This document shows, one piece after another, positions 51,453 to 61,313 of a stretch of DNA of 64,000 bases (the stretch's first letter is position 1; each line of letters starts with the position of its first letter). Location of the stretch: contig CAXXMU010000002.1 in NCBI GenBank assembly GCA_963667785.2, forward strand, positions 224,001-288,000, written 5' to 3'. The position numbers and the translations under genes are program-made. Under the pieces are notes generated by a model. That model was not told the origin of the DNA, ran no database searches, and was given only the letters and a program-made list of their open reading frames with translations. This DNA comes from Alphaproteobacteria bacterium (GTDB lineage Bacteria; Pseudomonadota; Alphaproteobacteria; UBA828).

Positions 51453-52455
51453 GGGGCGCTCCCGCCTCCGTGTCGTACCAGCAGGCGACCTCGTGGCCGT
51501 CCGCCACCGCGGCGAGCGGCGGGTTCTCCGCGCGGCAGCGGTCGAAGGTGTGGGCGCAGCGCGGCCCGAAGGGACAGGAGGCCGGCGCATGCGCCAGCGT
51601 CGGCGGCTGGCCGGGAATGCTGGCGAGCCGCTCGCCGCTCCCGCCGCCCGGCCGTGGCAGGGCGCGCAGGAGGCTGCGCGTGTAGGGGTGCCGGGGCTTC
51701 GCGTAGAGCGGGCCGACGTCCGCGCGCTCGACCGCCTGGCCGCCATACATCACCATCACCCGGTCCGCGAGGCCGGCGACCACGCCGAGGTCGTGGGTGA
51801 TCCAGACGATCGCCATGCCGCGCTCGCGGCGCAGTCGCTGCAGCAGGTCGAGGATCTGGGCCTGGATGGTCGCGTCGAGTGCGGTCGTCGGCTCGTCGGC
51901 GATCAGCACCTTGGGATCGCAGGCGAGCGCCATCGCGATCATCACCCGCTGGCGCATCCCGCCCGAGAACTGGTGGGGGAAGTCGCCGAGGCGGCTCTCC
52001 GCCGCCGGTATGCCCACCCGCTCCAGCAGCGCCACCGCCCGTCGCCGGGCCGCGCGCCGGCCGAGGCCGAGATGCGTCCTGAGCGGCTCCGCGAGCTGGT
52101 AGCCGATGCTGAGCACCGGATTGAGCGAGGCCATCGGGTCCTGGAAGATGAAGCCCACCTTGGCGCCGCGCACCCGCCGCAACTGCGCCGGGCCGAGGGC
52201 CAGCAGGTCCTCGCCCTCCAGCAGTGCCCGCCCGGAGACGATCTCCGCCGGCGGCGTCGGCAGTAGCCGCAGCAGCGAGAGCATGGTCACGCTCTTGCCG
52301 GAGCCGCTCTCCCCCACCACGCCGAGCAGCTCGCCCGCGTGCAGGTCGAAGTCGATGCCGTTGACCGCATGCACCGCGCCGCCGTCCGGGGTGCGGAAGC
52401 GCATGCGCACGCCGCGGACCGAGAGCACGAGGCTGTCGCCGGAAGGGCGCGGCAT
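51442..52455 (-). CDS. Peptide ABC transporter ATP-binding protein (OppD)
   Basis: [35 protein letters not shown]. Confidence 0.9.
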   Translation of the reverse strand: MPRPSGDSLVLSVRGVRMRFRTPDGGAVHAVNGIDFDLHAGELLGVVGESGSGKSVTMLSLLRLLPTPPAEIVSGRALLEGEDLLALGPAQLRRVRGAKVGFIFQDPMASLNPVLSIGYQLAEPLRTHLGLGRRAARRRAVALLERVGIPAAESRLGDFPHQFSGGMRQRVMIAMALACDPKVLIADEPTTALDATIQAQILDLLQRLRRERGMAIVWITHDLGVVAGLADRVMVMYGGQAVERADVGPLYAKPRHPYTRSLLRALPRPGGGSGERLASIPGQPPTLAHAPASCPFGPRCAHTFDRCRAENPPLAAVADGHEVACWYDTEAGAPRAA

Positions 52456-52501
52456 TGGGTGGCTCCCTCCTGCTCCGGCCCGCCGTGGGCGGGACGCCGT
52501 C

Positions 52502-54256
52502 CTAGGCGGCGCTCCCGCCGGGCGACCTGAGCGCTTGGGTGGCGGTCTCGTCGAGGCTGCCGTCGGCCGCGACGGCGACGGCATAGTCGCGCCGCGCGGC
52601 CTCGGGCGAGACCAGGTCGTTCTCCACGTCGGCGGCCACGTCGTCCGCCGCGCGGCCGCGCGGGTCGCCGTAGCCGGCGCCGCCGGGGAGCACCAGCCTG
52701 AGACGGCGGCCGGGCGGGATCGTCTGCTGCCCCTTGCCGCGCAGCCTCGTGCCGTCGTCGAGGGCGATGGTGCCGGCCGCCCCGTCGAGCCCGCCGCCCC
52801 GGCCGCGCGCGGGATTGTCGATGCGCTCGAACTGCGCGAGCACGCTGAAGGGCGCGCCGTCGGCGCCGCCGATCTCGATCACCTGGCCGAGCCCGCCCCG
52901 GCGCGCGCCGGCACCGCCGGTGTCTTGCGCCAGCTCCTTCCGCCAGATGACGATGGGCGCCACCGTCTCCGTGGCCTCCGCCGGCATGGTGCGCACGCCA
53001 CTTGGGAAGGCGGTTGCGGAGAGGCCGTCCTTCGTCGGCCGCGCGCCGGCGCCGCCCGAGTTGAAGAGCGCGACCTCGAACTCCGGCGGCTCGAAGGCGG
53101 CGTTGCGCCTGGCCTCGCTGTCGATCGCCGTCGCGCCGCCCCTGAGCTGCACGATCCAGAGCGAGGCCGCGCCCTCCGCCGGCACTCGCTCGGGAATGGC
53201 CTGGTGCAGGCAGCCGAACACGAGGTCGGGCAGCATGTGGCCGACGACGTGGCGGGCGGCGACCGGCCAGGGCCGAGGCGCGTTGAGGATCGAGCCTTCC
53301 GGCGCCGAAACCGTGAGCGGCGCCAGCGAGCCGGCATTGTTGGGGATGTCCTTCGCCACGATGCACTTGAGGCCGAAGCTCGTGTAGGCGGTGGTGTAGT
53401 TGAGCACCACGTTGATGCCGTGACTGCTGGCGGGCGAGGTGCCGGTGAAGTCCACGTGGATGCCCTCGCCGGAGATGGTCATGGCGGCAGCCAGGGTGAT
53501 CGGCTCGTCGTAGCCGTCCATGGTGAGCGTGTTGCGGTAGGTGCCCTTGGGCAGGGCTGCGATGGCGGCCAGCGTGGCGCTGCGCGAGCGCTCGACGATC
53601 GCCTCGCCGAGCGTGTCGAGATCGGCGAGCCCGAACTCGTCCATCATGGCGAGCAGCCGCTCCGCGCCGGCGTTGTTGCAGGCGATGAGCGAGTGGACGT
53701 CGCCTTCGAGCTGGAGCGGCTCGCGCACGTTCCAGCGCACCATGTCGATCAGATCCTCGTTGATCCGCCCCTCGCGGCAGAGCGGCATGATCGGGATGTA
53801 GAGGCCCTCCTCGAACACCGAGCGTGCGTCCGGGCCGAAGCCGCGCCCGCCGATGTCGACCACGTGCGCCGTGCAGGCGAAGGAGCCGATGATCCGGCCC
53901 GCGCGGAACACCGGCGTCACCACCGTGAGGTCGTGCAGGTGCCCGCAGGTCAGCCACGGGTCGTTGGTGATGTAAACGTCGCCCTCGCGCATGGCCTCGT
54001 TGGGGTAGCGCTCGAGGAAGTGCTGCACCGCGATCGCCATCGAATTGACGTGGCCGGGCGTGCCGGTGACCGCCTGGGCCAGCATCCGCCCCTTGGTGTC
54101 GAAGACGCCGGCGGAGAGGTCGCCCGCCTCGCGCACGGTGGTGCTGAAGGCGGTCCTGAGCAGGGTCTGCGCCTGCTCCTCGACCACCGAGATCAGGCGG
54201 TTCCACATGATCTGGGTCCGGATCTGCGCGAGCCCGGAATCGGTCGTGCCGTTCAT
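52502..54256 (-). CDS. Hydantoinase B/oxoprolinase family protein
   Basis: AFSTTVREAGD, TNDPW..GHLHD, HVVDIGG, EEGL, GGAGYGDP. Confidence 0.88.
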   Translation of the reverse strand: MNGTTDSGLAQIRTQIMWNRLISVVEEQAQTLLRTAFSTTVREAGDLSAGVFDTKGRMLAQAVTGTPGHVNSMAIAVQHFLERYPNEAMREGDVYITNDPWLTCGHLHDLTVVTPVFRAGRIIGSFACTAHVVDIGGRGFGPDARSVFEEGLYIPIMPLCREGRINEDLIDMVRWNVREPLQLEGDVHSLIACNNAGAERLLAMMDEFGLADLDTLGEAIVERSRSATLAAIAALPKGTYRNTLTMDGYDEPITLAAAMTISGEGIHVDFTGTSPASSHGINVVLNYTTAYTSFGLKCIVAKDIPNNAGSLAPLTVSAPEGSILNAPRPWPVAARHVVGHMLPDLVFGCLHQAIPERVPAEGAASLWIVQLRGGATAIDSEARRNAAFEPPEFEVALFNSGGAGARPTKDGLSATAFPSGVRTMPAEATETVAPIVIWRKELAQDTGGAGARRGGLGQVIEIGGADGAPFSVLAQFERIDNPARGRGGGLDGAAGTIALDDGTRLRGKGQQTIPPGRRLRLVLPGGAGYGDPRGRAADDVAADVENDLVSPEAARRDYAVAVAADGSLDETATQALRSPGGSAA

Positions 54257-56382
54257 CAGGCGTCCTCCCCCTTGGGCGTCGAATGCGGTGGCCGGCGGTC
54301 TGCGCGTCGCTCCATGACGATGGTGCCGAGCGCATCGACCGAGGCGCTGAAGGCGGCGCTCACCACCGCGGTCGTATCGCTCTCGACGATGAGCGCGGGC
54401 CCGTCGATGCGGGCGCCGGCGGCGAAATCCCCGCGCCGGTAGAGCGCCGCCTCGACCACGCGGCCGCTCCCGGGATCGAGAACCGGGCGCACGCCCCACG
54501 CCTGCGGCGCCGCCGCCGGCGGCGGCGGGTCGATCGCGGCGACGGGCTCCGCCACGGCGCTCACGCCCACGGACCAGCTCACGATCTCGAGGTCGAGCTT
54601 CGGGATGATGCGGCCGTAGAGCGCCTCGTAGGCGGCCTCGAAGGCTTCGCGGATGATGCCCGTGTCCCCTGCCGTCCAGATGCGGTTGGGGAGCGGCACC
54701 ACCACTTCGTGCCCCTGGCCGAGATAGCGCATGTAGGCGGCGCGGCTCTCCTCCGTGGCGGCGCCCGGCGCCCCCTGCGCCACGATGGCGGCGGCCTCGT
54801 CCCGCATCTCGGCGAGCACGCGGTTGGCGGCTTCCGCATTGAAGGCGCTCACCACCTGATAGGCGCTGCGCACCACTTCGTAGGCGACCGGCGCACGCAG
54901 GAAGCCGACGGCGGAGCCTACCGCCGCGGCGGTGGGGATCAGGATGCGGTCCATGTCCAGCTTCTCCGCAAGCCGGGCCGCGTGCAGCGGGGCGGCGCCG
55001 CCGAAGGCGATCATCGTACGCTCGCCGAGGGTGGCGCCGATCTCGATGGCATGGACACGGGCGGCGCTCGCCATGTTCTCCCCCACCATCTCGCTGACCC
55101 CGAGAGCCGCCATCTGCCCGTCCAGATCGAGCGGCGCGCCGATGGCGCCCGCCAGAGCGTCCGCCGCGGCCTGCTCGTCGAGCGCGATGCGCCCGCCGGA
55201 GAACTCGGCGGGGTCGATGCGGCCCATGACGAGGTCCGCGTCTGTCACCGTGGGCGCCGCGCCGCCTTGGCCGTAGCAGGCGGGGCCCGGCTGGGCGCCG
55301 GCGCTCTCCGGCCCCACCGCGATGCGGCCGAGCCGGTCGACGACGGCGATGGAGCCGCCGCCCGCGCCGATCTCCACCATCTCGATCACCGGAATGCGGA
55401 GCGGCAGCCCGCTGCCCTTGAGGAAGCGGTGGGCGCGGGCGACCTCGAAGGCCCGCGTCGTCTGCGGCTGGGCATCGTCGATCAGGCAGATTTTGGCGGT
55501 GGTGCCGCCCATGTCGAAGGAGAGAACCCGGTCGAGCCCGCACTGGCGGGCGACGTGGCTGGCGAAGACGGCACCGCCCACCGGCCCCGATTCGACGAGA
55601 CGGATGGGGAAGCGGATCGCCGTCCCGATATCGGCCACGCCGCCGCCCGAGAGCATGACGAAGAGCGGGCAGCGGAAGCCGGCGTCGCGCAGGCCGTCCT
55701 CCAGGTTGCGCAGGTAGCGCGCCATGACCGGCTGGACGTAGGCGTTCGCGCACGCCGTGGAGAATCGCTCGTACTCGCGCATCTCCGGCGCCACCTCGGC
55801 CGAGAGCGTGATGGCGAGGTCGGGCATGGCCTCCTGCAGGATCGCGCGAACGCGCCGCTCGTGCGCCGGGTTGACGTAGGAGTGCAGGAGCCCGATCGCG
55901 ACGCTCTCGATACCCTCGGCGGCGAGCTGCCGGGCCGTGGCGGCGACCGCCGCCTCATCGAGGGGCAGGATCGGCTCGCCCGCGGCGTCGAGCCGTTCCG
56001 GGACCGGGAAGCGCCAGCGCCGGGGCACCAGCGGCACCGGCTTCTCCATGTCGATGTCGTACTGCTCGAAGCGGCTCTCCGTTCCCATCTCGATGGAGTC
56101 GCGGAAGCCCTCGGTCGTCACCAGCGCCGTCCGCGCGCCCTTGCGCTCGATCATCGCGTTGGTGGCGAGCGTGGTGCCGTGGATGACGAGCGCGACCTCG
56201 GCGGGCGCCGTGCCGCAGGCCTCCATCGCCTGGGCGAGGCCCTGGCGCACGCCGTCCTCGGGCGCGTCGGGCGTGGTGAGCACCTTCGCGGTGAAGCGCT
56301 CCGGCCCGCGTTCCAGCACGATATCGGTGAACGTCCCGCCGATATCGACGCCGATCCGAACCTCTGAGTCCGCTCCCGCCAT
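54256..56382 (-). CDS. Hydantoinase A/oxoprolinase family protein
   Basis: DIGGTFTD, HGTTLATN, ESGP.GG, DMGGTT, IGAGGGS, PTVTDA. Confidence 0.88.
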   Translation of the reverse strand: MAGADSEVRIGVDIGGTFTDIVLERGPERFTAKVLTTPDAPEDGVRQGLAQAMEACGTAPAEVALVIHGTTLATNAMIERKGARTALVTTEGFRDSIEMGTESRFEQYDIDMEKPVPLVPRRWRFPVPERLDAAGEPILPLDEAAVAATARQLAAEGIESVAIGLLHSYVNPAHERRVRAILQEAMPDLAITLSAEVAPEMREYERFSTACANAYVQPVMARYLRNLEDGLRDAGFRCPLFVMLSGGGVADIGTAIRFPIRLVESGPVGGAVFASHVARQCGLDRVLSFDMGGTTAKICLIDDAQPQTTRAFEVARAHRFLKGSGLPLRIPVIEMVEIGAGGGSIAVVDRLGRIAVGPESAGAQPGPACYGQGGAAPTVTDADLVMGRIDPAEFSGGRIALDEQAAADALAGAIGAPLDLDGQMAALGVSEMVGENMASAARVHAIEIGATLGERTMIAFGGAAPLHAARLAEKLDMDRILIPTAAAVGSAVGFLRAPVAYEVVRSAYQVVSAFNAEAANRVLAEMRDEAAAIVAQGAPGAATEESRAAYMRYLGQGHEVVVPLPNRIWTAGDTGIIREAFEAAYEALYGRIIPKLDLEIVSWSVGVSAVAEPVAAIDPPPPAAAPQAWGVRPVLDPGSGRVVEAALYRRGDFAAGARIDGPALIVESDTTAVVSAAFSASVDALGTIVMERRADRRPPHSTPKGEDA

Positions 56383-56402
56383 CCTAGCGCTCCCGCGCGC
56401 CG

Positions 56403-57575
56403 CTAGACGGCGATCTCGTCCACCTTCACCCAGCGCCGCTCGGCGTCCGAGAGGATGCAGGCGTCGATCACGCGCTGGATCTCGGCGGCGAACCTGAAGT
56501 CGGGATAGGCCGGCTTTCCGGCCGCGACCGCCTCGATCAGGTCCTGGATCTCCATCACCTTGTAGTCGTTGTAGCCGGCGCCGAGGCCCGGCACCGGATA
56601 GAACGCCGCGTAGCGCGGGTCGGTGGGCCCCATCGCTACATGCGTGAAACCCCGCGTGCTCGGATCGCCGTCTTCCTTGTAGAGCTGGAGATCGTTGATG
56701 CGGTCGTAGAAGTAGCGGACCGCGCCCTTCGTGCCGGTCAGCTCGTAGCCGATATCCATGCGCTTGCCGAGCGAGACCCGGCTCATCTCCATGTGCCCGT
56801 CCAGGCCGCCCGAGGTCTTGAACATGACGGTCGCGAGGTCGTCGGTCTCGACTTGCACCATCTGGCCGCTGCCGGCGGCGTGCAGGTCGAAGCCCCCGAG
56901 CGCTGCCGGCGCGGGGCGCTCCGGGATCACGATCTCCAGATTGCACACCACCTCGTCCACCGGCTGGCCGACGAGGTGGCTCAGATAGGCCAAGCAATGG
57001 GCACCGATATCGCCGATCACGCCGGAGCCCGCCTTCGCCGTCTCGCAGCGCCAGGAGAAGGGGATTTCCGGGCGGCCCAGGAAGTCGGCGCTGAAGGAGC
57101 CGCGGTAGTAGCTGGGCGCGCCGATCTCGCCGCCGGCGATCAGCCGCCGGGCCAGCGTCTGCGCCGGGTTCTTGATGTAGTTGAAGCCGACCATGGTGAT
57201 GACGCCGGCCCTCTCGGCCGCGTCAGCCATCGCGAACGCGGTCTTCGCGTCGTTGGCCAGAGGCTTCTCGCAGTAGACGTGCTTGCCGTTGGCAATCGCG
57301 GCCATGGCGATGTCGAGGTGGAGATCGTTGGGCGTGCAGATGTCGACGATGTCGACGGCCGGATCGTCGACGACCGCGCGCCAGTCTCCCGTATGGCGCC
57401 GGAAGCCGAACTCGCGGGCCGCGCGCCCCGCCATCTCCTCGTTCACCTCCGCGAGAACCTCGAGCACGGGCACGGCTGGCTTTCCGCCGAAGGCGAGCGG
57501 CTGGGCGCGGTAGCACATGGCGTGGGCCTTGCCCATCCAGCCGGCGCCCACGAGTCCGATCTTCAGCTCCGGCAT
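56403..57575 (-). CDS. Gfo/Idh/MocA oxidoreductase (levoglucosan/inositol dehydrogenase-like)
   Basis: GLVGAGWMGKAH, CTPN, CEKPLA, GFNY, GDIGAH. Confidence 0.88.
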   Translation of the reverse strand: MPELKIGLVGAGWMGKAHAMCYRAQPLAFGGKPAVPVLEVLAEVNEEMAGRAAREFGFRRHTGDWRAVVDDPAVDIVDICTPNDLHLDIAMAAIANGKHVYCEKPLANDAKTAFAMADAAERAGVITMVGFNYIKNPAQTLARRLIAGGEIGAPSYYRGSFSADFLGRPEIPFSWRCETAKAGSGVIGDIGAHCLAYLSHLVGQPVDEVVCNLEIVIPERPAPAALGGFDLHAAGSGQMVQVETDDLATVMFKTSGGLDGHMEMSRVSLGKRMDIGYELTGTKGAVRYFYDRINDLQLYKEDGDPSTRGFTHVAMGPTDPRYAAFYPVPGLGAGYNDYKVMEIQDLIEAVAAGKPAYPDFRFAAEIQRVIDACILSDAERRWVKVDEIAV

Positions 57576-57749
57576 CGGTCCCCCATGCTCACGACACGCG
57601 TTCTTCTGGCGGCCCGGCCGCCGGACCCGCCCCCGCAAAAAAGGACGCCGCGCAACAGGCGCTACGCGACGTCCGCATGCCGCCCGCATCCTATCAAGCG
57701 CCGCGACCCCGTGCCACACTCGCCCGCCGGTCGCGGGGCGGGAAGGCGG

Positions 57750-59414
57750 TCAGACCTTGCCCTCGACCGCGACCTCGATCAGCCGGGGCACGTCCGACTC
57801 GAGCGCCTCTCGCACCGCCGCAGCCAGCTCGTCGGGCTCCGTCACGCGCACGCCTGCGACCCCCATTCCGGCGGCCATCTCGACGAACCCCAGCGGCGGA
57901 TCGACCAGGTCCATCTGCACGTAGGGGTGGTTCGTCGCCACCTCGAAGCGCCGCCGATAGATGTCGAGATTGTGCTTGAGGATGCGGTACTCGGCGTTGG
58001 CGAGGATGACGAAGACGATCGGCAGCCGGTGATGCGCCGCCGTCCACAGCGCCTGGATGCTGTACATCGCCGAGCCGTCGCCCGAGAGGCACACCAGCGG
58101 GCGCTCCGGGCTCGCGAGCTTGACGCCGAGCGCGCCGGCGATCCCCTGGCCGATACCGCCGCCGCGGCCGCAGAAGTAGTCGCCTGCGCCGGCGAAGGCG
58201 AAGGCGCGGGGGATCTCGGGGCTGCCTGTAATGGCCTCCTCCACGATCACCACGTCCTCCGGCACCGCGCCCGCCAGCGTCTCCAGCATCACGGGCACGG
58301 GCATCGGCCGCCGCTCGGCCATGGCCTCGAGCCGCGCGCTGCGGGCCGCCCGTTCTTTGGCGCGCCGCGCCGCGAAGGTCTGGTTCCGGTCGGTGGCGGC
58401 GGCGGCATGGGCGGCCGACTGCCCCTCCCGCACCGCTGCCGAGACCGCCTCCAGCGCCGGAACGAGACCGGCGATGAGGCCGGCGTCGAGGCGGTGGTTG
58501 CGGCCGAGGCGGGCGGTCGACTCCTCGATCTGCAGCACCGAGGCAGCGGGCGGGAACGGGCCTGCGGGCGCGTACCAGACCTCCTCGAAGAAGGGGCCGC
58601 CCACCATGAGCACCGCGTCGGCGGCGCCGAAGGCCTCCGCGATGCTCGCGGGGTCGGACGGGAGCCGGCCGCGATAGTTCGGGTGCAGGTTGGGCACCGG
58701 CTGGTGCTGGTGGATGAGCTCCGTCCATATGCCGGCGCCCACGACCTCGGCGAGCGCGACCAGGGCCTCGCCGGCGCCAGCGCGGGCGACGTCGTCGCCG
58801 ATCACGATCGCGGGCTCGGCCGCGGCGAGCAGATGTCGGGCAAGCGCCGCCACGCCGTCGGCGTCCGGCGGCGGCGCCCGGTAGAGCGCGCCGGCCGAGG
58901 TCGCCTCGATGTCGGTCTGCTGCTCCATCACGTTGATGGGGAGCGCAACGAAGACCGGGCCAGCGGGCGGGTCGTGGGCGATCTTGAAGGCGCGCCGCAT
59001 GATGGGTGCGATCTCGTCTGCGCTCTCCGCCTGGACGCTCCACTTCACGACCGGCGCCGCCATGGCTACCAGGTCGTGGCCGAGGATCGGGTCGCGGAGC
59101 CTGAGCCGCGTGTCCTGCTGCCCGGCCGTCACCACCATCGGCGAGTTGGTCCTGAGCGCGCCGAAGATCATGCCGATGGCGTTGCCGAGGCCGGGAGCGA
59201 CGTGGAGGTTCACCACCCCGGCGCGGCCGCAGGCCTGGGCGTAGTAGCTGGCGGCTCCGATGGCGACGCCTTCGTGCAGGGTCAGCACGTAGTCGATCGC
59301 CGGGTAGCGGGCCAGGCTGTCGATCAGGGGGCTCTCGGTCGTGCCGGGATTGCCGAACAGGTGCCGGACCCCGTGCGCCACCAGGCTCTCCATGAAGACG
59401 TCGCGCCCGTACAT
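57750..59414 (-). CDS. Thiamine diphosphate-dependent enzyme, benzoylformate decarboxylase-like
   Basis: FGNPGTTE, LHEG, NLHVAPGLGNA, GDGSAMYSIQALWTAA, ANAEY. Confidence 0.85.
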   Translation of the reverse strand: MYGRDVFMESLVAHGVRHLFGNPGTTESPLIDSLARYPAIDYVLTLHEGVAIGAASYYAQACGRAGVVNLHVAPGLGNAIGMIFGALRTNSPMVVTAGQQDTRLRLRDPILGHDLVAMAAPVVKWSVQAESADEIAPIMRRAFKIAHDPPAGPVFVALPINVMEQQTDIEATSAGALYRAPPPDADGVAALARHLLAAAEPAIVIGDDVARAGAGEALVALAEVVGAGIWTELIHQHQPVPNLHPNYRGRLPSDPASIAEAFGAADAVLMVGGPFFEEVWYAPAGPFPPAASVLQIEESTARLGRNHRLDAGLIAGLVPALEAVSAAVREGQSAAHAAAATDRNQTFAARRAKERAARSARLEAMAERRPMPVPVMLETLAGAVPEDVVIVEEAITGSPEIPRAFAFAGAGDYFCGRGGGIGQGIAGALGVKLASPERPLVCLSGDGSAMYSIQALWTAAHHRLPIVFVILANAEYRILKHNLDIYRRRFEVATNHPYVQMDLVDPPLGFVEMAAGMGVAGVRVTEPDELAAAVREALESDVPRLIEVAVEGKV

Positions 59415-59514
59415 GTCTCTCGTCCGTTGCTGGGAAGCCGCACGCTGCGGCCTGAGCCGCCTGGCTGCGCATCTTGGCAGAAAGCGCCGCCGCCGGCACC
59501 CCGCGCGGCCGTCT

Positions 59515-61311
59515 TCAGGGGGACGCGCGGAGGAGCCGCGTCCTCTCCTCGTCGACCACGATGTCGATGCCGTTCGCGGCGCGGACCAGCGCCACCCTGT
59601 AGACGCCGAGCGCGCGCTCGATGCTGAGCCAGCCGCGCGCGACATCCTCGGCGACCGCTGCCGGATCCCTGTCGCGGGGGTCGCCGTAGCCGCCGCCGGC
59701 CACGGTGCGGTAGTGGATCGCCTCGTCCGGGCCGAGCCTCTCCTCGTGGAAGGAGGGGAGCGTGCGGAAGGCGCCGTCGGCCGCGCGCTTGCGGTTCAGC
59801 GAGGGCGCGCCCGGCTCGCCGCCGAGCACGCCCTGCGCCGGGTTCAGATCGCCGTCGCTGCAGTAGAAGACCGAGACCGGGCCCGCGAGCGAGCGGTAGG
59901 CGCCTTCGGTCGCGGGCGCGCCGTTCCAGCGGCCTGCGCCCATGGTGTCGCGGGCGATGCGGCGCTCCTCCATCAGGATCGGGTACTGCGCCTCGTCGAT
60001 CTCGATCGAATCGATTACCAGCACGCCGCCCCCGTCGGGCGCCTCGTAGGTGAGCCAGCCATCGTGGCCGTGGGTGCCGGGCCCGCCGGAAAGGCCGACG
60101 CAGAACTGGTTGACGTAAGGCACAGGCCGGCCGTCGCGGTCGTCGATGCCCGAGACCACGCCGAGGCCGGCGGAGAAGTTGCCGCCGCCTTCCGCGAGCC
60201 CGTGGGGCGCGCCGATCTGCGCGAAGCAGCACTGCACGGCGTTGATGAGACGGTCGTTGACGTTGGTGGTCGCCACCGAGGTGCCGGCCGGGAAGGTGGG
60301 CCGGCCGACCACGCAGCCGTCGCGCAGCAGCACGCGGATGCGGCTCGCGCTGCCCTCGTTGTGCGGGATGGTGGGGTCAAGGTTGTAGAAGACGCCGATC
60401 CTGCACGAGCCCGCGGCGCAGGCCTCGGAGAGATTGACCCCGCCGGGCACGCAGTCGGGATTGTCGCGCAGGTCGACGGTGACGAGCCCGTCCTCCGGCT
60501 CGATGGTGACCTCGGCGGTGATCGGGATGCCCTCTTCGGCCACGCCGGGAATCGGATCGTGGGTGCAGGTGTAGCGCCAGGTGCCGGCGGGCAGTGCGCG
60601 GATCGCGGCTTTCGCACGGCGCGCGCCGTAGTCCATCCAGGCCTCGACGAAGGCGCGGACGGTCTCGATGCCGTACTGCGCGACCAGCGCCTTCAGCCGC
60701 CGCTCGCCGATCCGGCAGGCGCCGACCTGGGCGCGGTAGTCGCCGTACCAGACATGCGGCGCACGGATCTTCTGCAGGCCGATGCGCACGATGTCCGCCT
60801 TGTCCTCGTGCCCCTCCTGAATGCGCACGCAGGGGAAGTGCAGGCCCTCCTGGTAGAGCGTCGCGGCGTAGGGCAGGTAGGTGGTGGGCTCGGGCGCGCC
60901 GACATCGGCGTGGTGGGAGCGGGACAGCACCCAGAAGAGCGGCTCGCCGTCGGCGAAGACGGGCACGCAGAGGGTCATGTCCGCATGGTGGGTGACCCCG
61001 TGATAGGGGCTGTTGTTGAAGAAGGCGTCGCCCTCCTTCACGTCGTCGAAGAGCTCGGTGATCGGCCGGGTGGTCAGCTCCAGCGCGCTGACGTGGATGG
61101 GCATCGCCTCCTCGACGCAGATCAGCCGGTGGTCGTAGGTGAGGATGCCGCAGGACATGTCGCGGGCGTTGGTGATGACGGCCGAGCGCGACGCGCGCAT
61201 GACCGTGTTGCTCATCTCGCGGATGATCGCCTCGAGCCGGCGCGAGAGCACCGCCATCAGCAGCGGGTCGAAGCGGGCGACGGTCTCGCTCATGCCTGTC
61301 CCCTCGGCCAT
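59515..61311 (-). CDS. Hydantoinase B/oxoprolinase family protein (second copy)
   Basis: SRSAVI..ARD, NNSPYHG.THHAD, HHADVG, QEGL, GGGYGDP. Confidence 0.88.
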   Translation of the reverse strand: MAEGTGMSETVARFDPLLMAVLSRRLEAIIREMSNTVMRASRSAVITNARDMSCGILTYDHRLICVEEAMPIHVSALELTTRPITELFDDVKEGDAFFNNSPYHGVTHHADMTLCVPVFADGEPLFWVLSRSHHADVGAPEPTTYLPYAATLYQEGLHFPCVRIQEGHEDKADIVRIGLQKIRAPHVWYGDYRAQVGACRIGERRLKALVAQYGIETVRAFVEAWMDYGARRAKAAIRALPAGTWRYTCTHDPIPGVAEEGIPITAEVTIEPEDGLVTVDLRDNPDCVPGGVNLSEACAAGSCRIGVFYNLDPTIPHNEGSASRIRVLLRDGCVVGRPTFPAGTSVATTNVNDRLINAVQCCFAQIGAPHGLAEGGGNFSAGLGVVSGIDDRDGRPVPYVNQFCVGLSGGPGTHGHDGWLTYEAPDGGGVLVIDSIEIDEAQYPILMEERRIARDTMGAGRWNGAPATEGAYRSLAGPVSVFYCSDGDLNPAQGVLGGEPGAPSLNRKRAADGAFRTLPSFHEERLGPDEAIHYRTVAGGGYGDPRDRDPAAVAEDVARGWLSIERALGVYRVALVRAANGIDIVVDEERTRLLRASP

Positions 61312-61313
61312 CG